Shown here one piece after another: positions 34,236 to 46,573 of a stretch of DNA of 64,000 nt. The stretch comes from Cladosporium halotolerans (lineage: Eukaryota): the NCBI RefSeq assembly GCF_011745625.1, contig NW_027191460.1:496001-560000 (forward strand). Direction: 5' to 3'. The notes beneath the pieces are model-generated. The model was given only the letters and a program-made list of their open reading frames with translations, ran no database searches and was not told where the DNA came from. The number at the start of each line of letters is the position of its first letter. The first letter of the stretch is position 1. A program made the translations under genes and the position numbers.

Positions 34236-34635
34236 ATGTCTGCCGCCTGGAAGTCCGCGGGTCTCACGTACGTCCAGCCGACACCGCCCGTGCCCGACTC
34301 AATGCGCGCACGCCCTCTGGAGCCCGGCTGCTAACAACTTCGCACAGCTACAACCGCTACCTCACCATCGCTTCGCGCGTCGTGCGTCGCTCGCTCAAGG
34401 ATGACAAGAGACTGGCTGCTGAGAGGCGCGGCGAGTCCGACCTGAGGTTCGCCAAGTGGGAGGTGCGTACACCCGGAGCAGGATAGCAAGGAGGAGAGGG
34501 GATTAGCCGTCACAAGGGCGCGAGGAACGCAGGAGCGGATACTGACAATATCGACAGAACGGCAAGCAGGGTGAGGCCAAGTCCCTCAACCAGGCCAACG
34601 AGTCTGGCTTCGCGCAGGCCGCTCAGAGCTCGTAG
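34236..34635 (+). CDS. ATP15: Mitochondrial ATP synthase epsilon subunit
   Basis: Three exons: MSAAWKSAGLT|YNRYLTIASRVVRRSLKDDKRLAAERRGESDLRFAKWE|NGKQGE...*. Confidence 0.95.
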
Positions 34636-34924
34636 AGCAGTCCAGAGCCAGGAGATGAGACCATGAGGGGAAAGCACAGGACCGGCGCAAACCGCGCCGG
34701 AGAATGAGCGGTGGGAGATCGATGCCTTGCGTGGGTGCGCGGATGCGCTGTGCGAAGGGGCAGGCTCGAGTGTTGTAACCATCATGTACATACATAGTAA
34801 ATGGAGGCTCCCTACCCTTCGGGAGAGTGCCAAGCTTTTCCCTACAGTACTTTTGGGCTTCGCGCCGTCTTACAACCACTATATGTCCCCAAACCCGCCC
34901 TCGTGAGTGACCTATCTGCCTGAA

Positions 34925-37373
34925 ATGCAGCAAGATGGCTTGTCGCGAGGTAAGATGTCCGTATTGATGTTATTGCTCACCCGACTGTTTCTGACATGTA
35001 GACATTTGCAGACATCGCGCGACTTGCCATCAGCTCCGAGTCGAACGATGACGAGAATATCAAGATAGCCGCGGCACGGCTAGCGCAAGAAGCCAGACAG
35101 ACTGCCTCGTACGGCAGGAGAGGTGTCGTAGATGTGACTGAACAGTTTTCGGCTGCCTCCAAGGGTATCGCTCTTCCATCTCTATTTCTCAATTCTAAGG
35201 CTGATGTAGTCTCAGAGTTACGGCCTGGCGATTTGGTCATCGATGACTTCTTCACTCTATTTGAAGCTGTCGGTGCTTTGGAGGTATGTCACTATCTCCG
35301 AGCTTTCACAAGAGCAAGGTATCTATGCTAACACATGACAAGATCATGGACCCTAAAATGGACTCTGGCCTAGTGCCTCCTGGCGAACCTGTGGATCCTT
35401 CTTTCGACCCTGTCGCACCGCTTAACGCGGCACAATCACTCTGGATTCTAGACCAGCTCTCATCTCTTGAAATTGCCTGGCTGGAAGGATCACAGCTCTC
35501 ACAAACCGTCTTCACAAGCTTACATCTGGATCGCTTGCTTTCGGCAGCCAATCGATACCCTTACACGCTGCAATATGGCGAGCCCGCAGATCTCTCGACA
35601 AATGAGTCGTGCTTGACGCATGTTGTCGTGAAAGCGTACTGTGTGGCTTTGGCTAAATGCTGCGCCCAGGTCTTAATGACGGTCCAGAGCCAGAACTTCT
35701 ACGACGAAGAGGACTTTGTCACGCATCTGTTCGGTCAAGAGCTCCTGCCGCGGATGGGTGAAGACGACGTCAAGACTATCCTGGATGATGCCATTCGCTG
35801 GGTGGTGAACTGTGACCTCCCTGCAGATATAAAGGCCGCACTTGAAGCTCGCTTGCAGGCCCGCAAGCTCTACATGCTTTCGGCCTTTGGAGAGGCGAAC
35901 TTGTGGGCGAACCTCGTCGTCTATACAGAAGATAAGATGACAGAGGAGAGTCATCTTTTGGCCGAACCAATTCCGGAGGCCTTCACGGACAAGGTTCAGC
36001 GCCACCTTGCAACGAGTACACCACCACGGCCAATGCTCCAGCTCACTTGGACCGAATCTCAAAAGAAATGGATCAAGCTTTTCTCAGACATTGACGAGGC
36101 TGACCGCCTCACCGATTCTCAGGCCAGACAAAGTCCCGCATCCCTGCAGAAGGCTGTCTGGTCTTTTGCTTCTCGAGATCCCAGCACATACCCTCGGGCG
36201 ATCTTCCAAGATCTGCTCTTTGCGGGCGGCACGGTCAGGGATGACATTCCTCATTTCGACCTCATGCTGCTAGACATTCGCGATTTGGTCCTGGCTGGCG
36301 ACGTCCTTGTAGACCCCGCGAGCTTCCATGTCGAAGTTCCTTCGGATCCGCGACACCGCTGCGCGAGAATATTGGAAACGATCATGGACAAAGCATACGA
36401 CGAATACCTGAATCTCTACCGCATGGTCTGTCAGAATCGTTGCCGGACACGACGAACTTTCACCCAGGCTGTGCCCTTGCTACACGAGCTCGAGACGACC
36501 ATCGCAAAGCAAGCCGACGCGGACATCGACTCCATCATGCCACAGAAAAAGCTCGACACAGTCTTCGGCAAGCAAGTAAAGCTGTCCCCTCTCAGCTCCT
36601 GGTCTCGCTGGTACAAGCTCAAGATCATGACAGAGACCATCAGCCTCGGCTTCGAGACGGATATCTACCTGGACTACGAGATGGGCGGCATGTACTGGTA
36701 CCTTTCCCAGCTCAATCTCGAGAAGCAACGGCTCCTCCAGCACATCGAAGCCTTCCTCCTCGATCGCATGGCCCAGATCGTCAGCTCGAAGAACGTGGCT
36801 TACTCCATGGACTGCATCGCCTCCCAGGACTGGATCAATTGCTTGCGAGAGGAAACCGAAGTCTCCATCCTGCTCGCGGAGGCGCTCGCAGACCTCTACG
36901 CTCTCCTCTCACACTTCAAGCTCATCAAATCCGCCGACCGACCCTTCGCCCAAGCTCAGCTCGTCTACGAGGCCCGCATGAAGCCCTACCTCGCCGTCAC
37001 AGACCCCGCGCCTCCTAGCCTGGAAAGCTTCAAGAGCGCGCAGACTCTCACAGGTAGCCCTGAAGATGCTGTGATCAGAGTCGAGGCTCGCGTGAAGCCC
37101 ATCAAAGAGCATCTGGCGAAGTTGAAGAAGGTGTCGCCGACTGCTGGAAAGTTCGTCGGCACGGAGGCAAGGCGGAACGCCCAGATCAAGCAGCTGGAGA
37201 CGACGAGCGTTGCTATTTTCGTCGGCGCATCTTTGCTCAAGCGTACGATGGGTAGTGGTGTTGGCGAGGATGGGCTGCGGGAGGTGCTGGAAGTGAGCAT
37301 CCCGCCGCCGGGAAAGAGGTACAATGACTGGTGGGTTGTGCCGCAGATCAAACCTAAGCCGAAAAGCGAATAG
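34925..37373 (+). CDS. MAK10: NatC auxiliary subunit (Mak10/Naa35)
   Basis: DVTEQF..ELRPGDLVIDDFFTLFEAVGALE|IMDPKMDSG; AWLEGSQLSQTVFTSL; FYDEEDF; CQNRCRTRR. Start is either 34925 or 34935. Confidence 0.93.
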
Positions 37374-38273
37374 ATAGATGGATTGAACATGACATGAACG
37401 ATTGATTGCATAAATACGTCGATGTTGCGTATCCTCTGTCCCTTCTTCTTGTAGCGATCTCTTATCGGCATAGCGGTGGACTATCTGGGCTGCTGCTTAC
37501 ATCAAGAATCGTTGCGCTTGCAGAGCAGGCATATCCAATGCTTAAGAGCAGTATTTTCCAAACGCAATGATGGACACCACCTAAGGAACGGAAATGGAAG
37601 ACATGAAAAACACCCCCAGACTAGACGTCAAGGCTTTAATGTTCGTACCTGACAAAGTCGCTCATTACCCCAACCCTTACCCTAACAACCCTCACTTGCA
37701 CGCCGCTCAGACAACAAATGCCTGTTGATTTGCTTCTTGAAAACTCACTATACTCTTAGCCTGCGACTCTGCGCATGCGAATTCTCATCGTATAATCGAA
37801 TGGCCCAAATTGAGAGTCTAGGGACAGAAACGGATGTGAATTATAGATGACGCGGGGAACGCTCGTGGAGCAAAAGACTCATCAAATAGCTTTACGGCTG
37901 TATGTATTGGACTATTGAATTATTCTGCCCAAGCTCGAGCTCATACTTCCCCAACCCCATAGTTGACCAATAAAGGTATTTCTGCCTGTAACCCAGGCCT
38001 GAGATTTTCAACAAGAGATTACCCAGGTTGGTGTTTCGCCGACCCATGCATCGATGAGTCGAGCTCGGGACATTCCAGATCGGTCCTTTAGTGGTGTTGT
38101 CGATCGCCCGGATGACTCGATTCGCCTTGCAAAATCCATTTGGTCGTCCTGATCGGCTCGAAGCTCATCAAAGTCCAGTCAAATGCCACAAGAAATTTGT
38201 CCAAGCCAAGTCACGTCCTGTCTCTGCCGTATGCCGGGACTTGTTGTCATTCGAGGCCCGTCTGAGAAGCTCT

Positions 38274-39277
38274 TCAACGCCCAAAGTGCCTCCTCACCTG
38301 CACCTTCAGCTCCTGCTTACTCAAATCAAGCAGCTCCGGCGTCATCTCCCTGATCGGCTTGCCCTCGTCGTCCAGCACGCCCCTCGTCGCCGGCCCGATA
38401 TCCAGCTTCGTAATCTCCAGTCTGCGCAGACATTCATCATAGCTCACGCCGTCCGCCAGAACGTAAATTTTGAGTCTCTCCCAGTGGTCCGCGACGTGGT
38501 CTTTCAGCGACTTGCGCTCCTGTGTGGCCATCGTGACGGTCAGCTCACGCAGCCGAGGGGCGCTACAAAGTATTTCGTAAAAGTCGACGGCAAGCTGATG
38601 CCCGCTCTTGCGGACAGTCAGGCGTGTGAGGAACGGGCGGTACCGTGCGTGAATGTGCAGAAAGGTGATTGCGGAGCTCATAGACTGCATCACGAAGTGC
38701 TGCGGGAGCCACAAAAACTCGCGGGCTTCGAGGTAGATAGCTTTGTTGACCCGGAGAAGAGCGGTGATTCCCCTCGGCAAACAGCCGCAAAAGATTCTGG
38801 ACGGACGTCTGGTGCCATCCGTATAGCTGCTGGCGTGTACCACAGACGCAAAGCAACCACCGATGGTGACCTCGGGCATAACGGGGAAGACCAGCTTGTA
38901 AATTCTCTGGCGGAGCTCCAGAGGAAGCTTCATAAATCGGAAGTGGGAGGCTGGAGCGAAAACGAGAGCTGTCATGCCTTTGTAGGGACCACTCGGCACC
39001 ACGGTCTTTCGTAACATCAGTACTGTTCGTGGCTATTCATCACTAACAGCCAGAAATGGAATACTCACATCGACGAGGACGAATGGCCGATGAGATCGCA
39101 TTTGGCTTTTGTGGTGGAAGAACCCATTCGAGGAATCGTACTGAATCACGTCAGTATCAGATTTGAAAGCCGCAATGCTCGAGTCGGCAAACTCACGTTC
39201 GCGTACGGGTGTGAGTCTTCGAAGTCTCTTCTGATGTAGAGTCTTCTCGGCACGGGAAGCTTCGTTTGCTGCTTCAT
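38274..39277 (-). CDS. Hypothetical protein with F-box-like motif; 5' exons tentative
   Basis: FRFMKLPLELRQRIYKLVF...ALLRVNKAIYLEAREFLW pattern, typical of ascomycete F-box/2EXR-like proteins. Confidence 0.65.
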
Positions 39278-40682
39278 TGTGAGATCGGGATTGGTGGTCT
39301 CTGTGGGGGAGGTGGTGTTGATGAAGTTCCTTAGTCGTGGATGTGGTAAGTTGGTTGGTCGTTGGACTGATAGGTAAAGGCGTAAGAAGGTCAAGAATGT
39401 ATCGTCCTTTCAAGGCGCCTCATCGCGGTCCCTCATAAAGTTATCATGTGGCTGATAAGTATGATTTCACATGCCCAATTTCGAGTGAAAGTATTTACAC
39501 CATCATCCAAAACATCGTGACTGAATGCAGATGAATGAGGCTCTCTGACCGACGTGTGACCGATACCGGTGATCCGTCGCTCCAGAGTGAACTGTTACTA
39601 CCACTCATCTGAAAGACTCAGGAAAGGGTCTGAGCATTGAAGTCCCTAAAAATCACTAATAAGGTGCATCATTCGAGCAGGGAGCCACAGACAGTGTGAA
39701 CAATGCTTTACTGATCGAAAACCATCAACGAACGATCAATGTCTGTCGAAAATATCTCAATGCCTTATGATCTGAAGTGCATGCACTTCGAAGTCACACA
39801 ACTGATACCTGCTTTGACCCCTTGTGCATCAGACTGAACCTTTAGTCGGCGACGACTGCGAATACGACGACGGAGACAGCGACAAACCAATCCAGGCCAC
39901 AACGATGCGAAGAAGATCCATGAATGATTTCCACACTTACCATTGAGCCGCTCTCCACGAGCTTCACTTTCACTACCATGTGAGTCCTCAGCACAGCGAT
40001 CGCAAGACAATCGTTGCGCATCAATGATGCGTCTCCAGGAGCGCGACGAACTCCTCCTCCCGCCCCTCCGACCGTCAAGCTGTCATGGACATTCTCATGA
40101 CAAGTAAAGTAGAACCCAAGTTGGTGACGACACTCAACTCTCCCCAAACTCCGTCCCCCGAATCCAGACCCCCCTCCGCCGAACCTCGTAAACCGTACTC
40201 GCACACCCCCCCTCCCCACCTCCCCATCGCCACCACCACCATCACATCACAATCAAAACCCAAGTCTCCCTCAAAACCATGCCCGCCCGGCGACGGCAAA
40301 CCCCAAGCAGAGCGAGCGCAGTAATAGCGATCAACCCCCTCCCCAAACAAGCCAACTAGCCAGCCCCCGAAACGCCCAAAACAGCAAGACCTCCGACCGA
40401 ATTCCCGGGCCCGGGTCCGAAAGTCGAGTTCTCAGTCCAGCGCAGCGCAGCAGCCCAAGGGCGTCAAACTACCTACCTAGTAGGCTAGCACCTACAGTAC
40501 CTACCGTGAAGCACCACCGCCTCGCCTTATCTCCTTATCGCCCCCGTGGCCAGCACAATCCAGCACAGTCCGATCCAACCAATCCAGCAGCCTACCTTAC
40601 CTACACACACAACTCACTACCGTGTATGTATGTATGTATGTACAGTAGCCCCAAACCCTCCCGCCCGGAGCCGCCGAGCACG

Positions 40683-40709
40683 CCCAAACCCAAACCCAAA
40701 CCCAAACCC
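40683..40709. repeat. (CCCAAA)4CCC microsatellite; G-quadruplex motif on minus strand
   Basis: Read directly from sequence. Confidence 0.9.
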
Positions 40710-43700
40710 GAGCTGAGGGGAGCTCCAGTATGTACCGTACCTTACCTTGCGCTCTTCGCAGATCGCAGCGTTCACGCCTTGCCCTTTCGCGAATCCTCCT
40801 CGCTGCTTATTAGGCTTTAGGCTTCGGACGACCCCACGCGCCAAGGGCGGCGGCGGCCGCGAACCTTCTAAGCGAAGCGAGGCGAGGCTGCGGGCCCGCG
40901 CGGTCCGGGCGCACAGACGACCGCCGGGGCGGGCGGCGGTGTGACTTGGGTGTGTGTGTGCGCGGTGGGGAGGGGAGGGGAGGGAGATTTGGGGCGTTTG
41001 GTGTTTTGGCTGTGGCTGGGTTGGGTTGGGTTGGTGTACGAGGTACGAAGGGGAGGGTGTTTGGGAGGAGTGGAATGGGTTGAGTTGATAGTGATTATAA
41101 TAATAATGGGGGGTATTTTTGGGGGGCCTCGGGTTTCTCGTTTGCGGAGGGCGGGTGTGGTAGCGAGGGCACGGTATGTAACGGTTTTTTTTGGGTGTTT
41201 GTCTGAGGACGTGAAGGGGTCTCACTATTGCTGCTGCTGCTGCTGAGTCTCAGAAGAGTGGCGGCGGCCGTCGTCGGCGGCGTGTTGCTTTCTTTAGAGG
41301 GGACCCGGCGTCTTTATGTTTGCGTTTCAGTAGTACCGGGCGGGAGAACGGTTTCGTGTCTAATGTGCAGTAAGTTGCTGTAGGGCGGCTCGCTTCGCCT
41401 CGCGCGCGCGTGTGCGATTATTGCTTGCATTAGAGCCACGCAGGCGTGGCAGAGCCGGCAGCGAGGGCGCGGACGCGCGCACGCGTGGTTGAGGGTTGGG
41501 TTTAGAGTTGCGGTTGGGATCTCGATGGGCCGCTCGCAGGAGAGACAAGCAGTAGCCCGGGAGGAAGGGCTGCTTGGGCTGCTGACCCGGGCGCCAGGTC
41601 GGAGGGCTCAGGATTGGCTTTGCTGGCGAGCCCTGAGCGGCGAGGGCAAGCGGCTGCAGGCGTGGGATGAGCAAGCGCTGGCTTGGTGCTTTGCGAGGGC
41701 TCTGGTCGTCTGGCTCTGGGCGCGGCTGGGCGCGGCTGGGCGTGGGCTGGACAGAGGATCCGCGCAGCACCCCGTTCTGCCCGTTTGCTTGCGGTGGTGA
41801 AAACTGTAGCTTGACCCTGCGCCGAGATGCACGACGGTTGGGAGGCGACCACGTTTCCACAGTCCTTCGCGGATGGGACATCCCGCTGTGGCGCCATTGA
41901 GGGCTTCGGCGGCGGAAGTCGGTCAGACGCTTGGGCTCGGATGCGAGAGTAAGACATGGGCGGTTTGTGATGACGCCTGAGTCATGCAGCGCATGCGCGC
42001 CTCGCGGTCGGAATCAGGCCAGGATGGGATTGATGAGCGCCCAAGCCTACGGCAAGATCAGACCTGTCAGCCCGGTTTGAGACCGGTCGTTCAGTCCGTG
42101 TCGGCCTGAAAGTTTCATGTACAGTACGTAGACCTACCTGACCTCGACGACGTTACCTGTAGATTCGAGGTGGGCTTTGAAGTTGCCAAAAAGGGCAGTG
42201 CAGATTCCTGATTTCTGCCTGAGTTTGACAGCTTGGCGGGCCGCATCGCAGAATTTGGCTTCCCACTACGCAACCTAACGGGCATCCTAAAGCTGACGGC
42301 GGGCAGAACGCGGCGTCAGAAGGGGCCTCGAATGCGACGACGACTCTCGGAGCATACGCAGCCTCTGTCAAACCGGACATGGCCCGCGCCGCCGGTCGGG
42401 GAAGGCTGGAGTCGGGGAGGCGGCCGACTCCGGTCGCACGGGAGGGAGGGGAGGGCAGGAGCCAGGACAAGGGAGTCGCGGTGGCGTGTCACCCACTCAC
42501 CCTGGGCCTCCAGCAGCGCAAAGCCGGCGCGGGCGCGTTTGGGCCAGCTAGCGTGTGCAGGCGTTTTCGTGTGACGTGCTGAGCTGCGCGAAGGAGCGCC
42601 AATGTCAGGTAGCGCTTCTGCGGGCTTGCAGCGGTAGGGGACGCAGTAGTGGCAGCCATAGCGCCGCGCAGCTTGCCCGGTACAGTGAAAGGTCCGAAGG
42701 GGCGCGGGAAGGGGCGTGTCCTCGTCCATCCGGGACGGCGGTCGCTGGGTGGGTTTGCAGTCTGGGTCAGTGGCATGGGTGGGCGCGTTTCTGCTGGGAC
42801 GGCAGCGACAAGGGACGGGGAGGCGGCACGCCATGACGCCGGCTGCAGGAGGGGAGTGCGAGGTGTGCAGACGCGCCCGGCTGGGTGCAGCAGCAGCTCA
42901 TCAGGCAAGCTGCCGTGGCTGCTTCAGAGGATGGCGTGCTGCGCCGGGCGATCGGCACAGGAAGGGGAGTGCATGTCTCGTCCTGAGGGGAGTGTAGAGT
43001 ACAGTACGCTTCAGTATAGACTGTAGACTGACTGCTACAGACCGTTACGTGCAAGCAGATAAGGGATTAGACTGCCGAGACTACCGTACGCGAACGAAGG
43101 CTCGAAGAGAGGTAGCGGTCGGCAGGCACGCGCAGGGCGATCCAAGGCCAACGGTGACGACGGGGGCCGGGCGGCAGACGACGATCGGCACAGCACTATG
43201 TACTAATAAGTGTGTGGAGCAGGCTGAGGGACCCACGGGCGCCGTTGTCGGCAAGGCCCGCAGGCGAGCCGTCATGGCGTCCGAGCGGCGAGCTACCGGG
43301 CAGGCACGGCAGGCTAACGGGCGCGGTGTGCAGGCTGCAGGGCGCGAGGCGCAGAGACGTGAGGGCCGTCGGGATGGAGTGGCAGAGGGGAAACGGCGCT
43401 GCGAACCCATGTCTCAGGCTACCTTACCGGGCTGTAGTGTAGTGGGCTGGGTCAGCAGCAGCGGCAGAACATTTGCAGCAGCAGCAGCAGCAGAGCAGTC
43501 GCAGCATGCGCGCAGGCGACAGCAAGTAGATACCTTAGGCAACAGACGCCGTTGGGCGGTCGCGGGCGGCGTCTTGTGCTCGCCTGGGCACCTGAGCGCT
43601 GAGCAGTGATGAGGAAGGACCCGCTACCCGCCAGCCAGCACAGGCTCGACAGGCGCGCGCACTCCCACCACACCCACGCCAACGCCCGCTAGGCCCGCGG

Positions 43701-43869
43701 CCAGAGTTCGACGCTAACGGCGGGTCGGCGCACTAGCAGCGCCCCATCCCACACGATTGGCTCCCCGCCCGCCGGCCCTGGGCGTGTCGCGGCGGCGGCA
43801 GCAGCAGCAGCCAACACCTCGCGCTGCCCTGCACCGGCGCCAGACCAGCGCCATCACCGCAGATACCTA

Positions 43870-44040
43870 GCTCTGCTTTGCTCTGCTCTGCTCTGCTCTG
43901 CATTGCTCTGCTCTGCTGCGCTCCCCTCTGCCCTCTGCGCCGCAACGACACCACGCGCGCCGCCTCTTTGCTGTGCCTGTCGCCGCGTCCCTTCGCTTCA
44001 CACTCCACACCACGCCTCACCACACCACACCACACCACAC
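43870..44040. repeat. Imperfect (GCTCT)n and (CACAC/CACCA)n microsatellites upstream of veA
   Basis: Read directly from sequence. Confidence 0.85.
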
Positions 44041-44665
44041 TCGCGCCATCCACGCCCGCCTCCACCCACTCACCGCGCCGGCGCCCCTCGTGTGCGAGCC
44101 GCCGTCCTAGAGGCTCATCAGTGCATTACCACGCCACCTTGCTTACTCGCCCGTTCGCTCCCCGGCCTGCACGCCCGCCCACCTGGTCATCACCAGCGCC
44201 GCCCAGCTGAGACGCCCATAAACCCTCCGGCACTCGAACGCCGCGCGACTCGCTACCTTCGACTTCGCCTCCCATCGCCTTCCATCTTCGCTGCTCTGCT
44301 CGCCCTCCTCTCGTTCATCCGCACCTTCCAGCCGCGCCTGTCCCGACCGCGCGAACCGCGGCAATCTCCCACGGAATTCCTGCCTTGATTGTGAGTGCCA
44401 TCTCGCCCATTCGTGCCGTCCTTGCGTCCTCGCGTCAGCCTGCCACCTGGGACCTTCCTTCGTCCCGTCTGCGCGGTACCTCATACCAACGCCGACTTCC
44501 CGGACTCGCTACCTCTCCTTTCCCTCCGCTGCCCAGAACTTTGTTATTCATCTCGCGCGGCGGCCACCAAAGATCGTGAACAGCAGAACTGACACCCACT
44601 CCAGCTCCTGCTCACGAGCGTGACACCACCTACAGACCGCCTCCTGGCGCGCTTCTCAGCCCGCC

Positions 44666-46573
44666 ATGGAGAGATCAGGCACCATCCCCGTGACCAACGA
44701 GACCAGGAGCTCCACCACCAGACTGACCCGCGAGGGCAAAAGCCTGCGGTATGAGCTTCAGGTGCTCCAGCAGCCCATGCGTGCCCGCGCATGCGGTGCC
44801 GGCCAGAAGTGTATGTCCAACCGCCCTGCCACAACGCACCTCTTCCGTACTGACCTCCATGCAGCATCGGCCGACCGCAGACCCGTGGACCCGCCGCCTA
44901 TAGTGCAGCTCAAGATCCTCGAGGTCAAGCCCAACGACGTGGTCGAGGACATCACCTTCATGATGAACGCCAACTACTTCCTCTTCGCGACCTTGGAACA
45001 CGCGCGGCATCTGGCCCAGCCCCGTGGCATGACTGACCCGAACAAAGTGGCCGTCCTCACCGGTACTCCGGTTGCGGGAATGGTCTACCTCGAGCGCCCA
45101 GACCCAGCTGGCTACTTTATCTTCCCAGATCTGTCCGTCAGGCACGAAGGTCACTACCGCCTTAGCTTCAGCTTGTACGAGGAACTCAAGCGCACCGAAG
45201 ACCACGACGAGCCCCGCGACTCCGGCAGGGCCTCATCACCGGCGGATACTCATGTCACTCACCGATTGGAAGTCAAGTCGGAGGTCCTCCAGGTCTTCAG
45301 CGCCAAGCGATTCCCCGGTCTCACTGAAAGCACCACCCTCAGCCGTACGGTCGCCGAGCAGGGCTGCCGTGTTCGCATTCGCCGCGATGTGAGGATGCGC
45401 AGACAGCCTACGAAATCCGGCGGGAGGGAGTGGGATGAGTACGAGGAAGAGACCGCGGAACAGCGTGCAAAGGCAGCACGTACTTCGGACGCATCTGTGA
45501 ACTACACCGCTGCGCCTCTTGGAGCCCCGCCGCCTGCCATGGAGCCTGCTTCGGTCCGACCTAGATCTGCAAGCAATGCCAGCCATCACTCCCTTGCCGC
45601 GTCTATTTCGCGCCGGCAGTCACAGCAGGAAATGGCTCAAGCATACTACTCGCAGCAACATTATTCCGGCACCGCACCGCACACCCCTCAGAGTGGAGTC
45701 ATCCCGGCATCATCGTATGGACCCTCGCCCAGCCAACAATATTCGCAACCGCCCTACATGCAGCAACCGCAAGCGCCTTTGCAGCCACCTCCCGCCCAAT
45801 ACCACCAGCCCCAAGGTTATCCCGTCGCTCCTGCTGCACCTCAGCAAAATGGCTACCCTGCATATCAACCAGCTCCAGCACCCGCTCCGCAGCCGCAGTA
45901 CGCGCCTGTACCAGCCGAACCCAGCGGTCACGCCCATAGGCCAAGTGTCGAATGGTCCGCGCCTGTTCAACCCGACTACCACCGACCATCAGTCCACCAT
46001 GCTCCTCCACCAATGCAGCCTCAGGCAGTGCACACCCAACCGGCTCCTGCACCCTACAACCCTCATACGTACCAGAGCACAGCCCAGTCGTATCAGACCC
46101 AGCCGCCACCGCAACCACAACAACAATACTACGCGCCGCCCCAAGAGATGCAACACACACGCGCGCCTCCCCCCGAGCCAATCCAGCCGCCAACCCGCAC
46201 TACCGCACCCACACCTCCCCTCTCCGCGAAGCCCTTCAGCTACACCCTCCCTCCCATATCCCACGCCCTCGAGCCCGCTTCTCCCGCCACCGCCACGCCA
46301 ACCAGCGGCAACAGCTACTTCCCGACCTCCAACATCGGCCACCCCTCCACGGTCGACTCGCACAAGCGCTCGTACGGCTCGACCTTCTCGACCTCCCACC
46401 ACGACGTCGCCCAGAAGGCCGGCGCCCGCCCCCAGGATCCCTACGCCCAGCAGCCCCTCAGCGCGACCTACCCGGAGCTGGACGCCGACGACGACTACAG
46501 CGAGTTCGGCGACATGACGGGCGCGTACAAGCGGGCGAACGGCGTGGTCGCTATGGCGCGCACGAAGTTTTAG
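44666..46573 (+). CDS. veA: Velvet regulator VeA
   Basis: TREGKSLRYELQVLQQPMRARACGAGQK|SSADRRPVDPPPIVQL; YFIFPDLSVRHEG; SAKRFPGLTESTTLSRTVAEQGCRVRIRR; intron 44811-44864; P/Q-rich C-terminus. Confidence 0.96.
   Translation: MERSGTIPVTNETRSSTTRLTREGKSLRYELQVLQQPMRARACGAGQKCMSNRPATTHLFRTDLHAASADRRPVDPPPIVQLKILEVKPNDVVEDITFMMNANYFLFATLEHARHLAQPRGMTDPNKVAVLTGTPVAGMVYLERPDPAGYFIFPDLSVRHEGHYRLSFSLYEELKRTEDHDEPRDSGRASSPADTHVTHRLEVKSEVLQVFSAKRFPGLTESTTLSRTVAEQGCRVRIRRDVRMRRQPTKSGGREWDEYEEETAEQRAKAARTSDASVNYTAAPLGAPPPAMEPASVRPRSASNASHHSLAASISRRQSQQEMAQAYYSQQHYSGTAPHTPQSGVIPASSYGPSPSQQYSQPPYMQQPQAPLQPPPAQYHQPQGYPVAPAAPQQNGYPAYQPAPAPAPQPQYAPVPAEPSGHAHRPSVEWSAPVQPDYHRPSVHHAPPPMQPQAVHTQPAPAPYNPHTYQSTAQSYQTQPPPQPQQQYYAPPQEMQHTRAPPPEPIQPPTRTTAPTPPLSAKPFSYTLPPISHALEPASPATATPTSGNSYFPTSNIGHPSTVDSHKRSYGSTFSTSHHDVAQKAGARPQDPYAQQPLSATYPELDADDDYSEFGDMTGAYKRANGVVAMARTKF

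Noticed and set aside
37665..37692. Telomere-like CCCTAA/CCCTTA patch
   Set aside because: Too short and degenerate to call an interstitial telomere repeat.
38091..39014. 307-aa plus-strand ORF
   Set aside because: Antisense to the F-box-like gene, which has the recognisable motif.
41360..44592. Many 60-190 aa ORFs upstream of veA
   Set aside because: GC-rich, low-complexity, repeat-derived translations without protein-like features.
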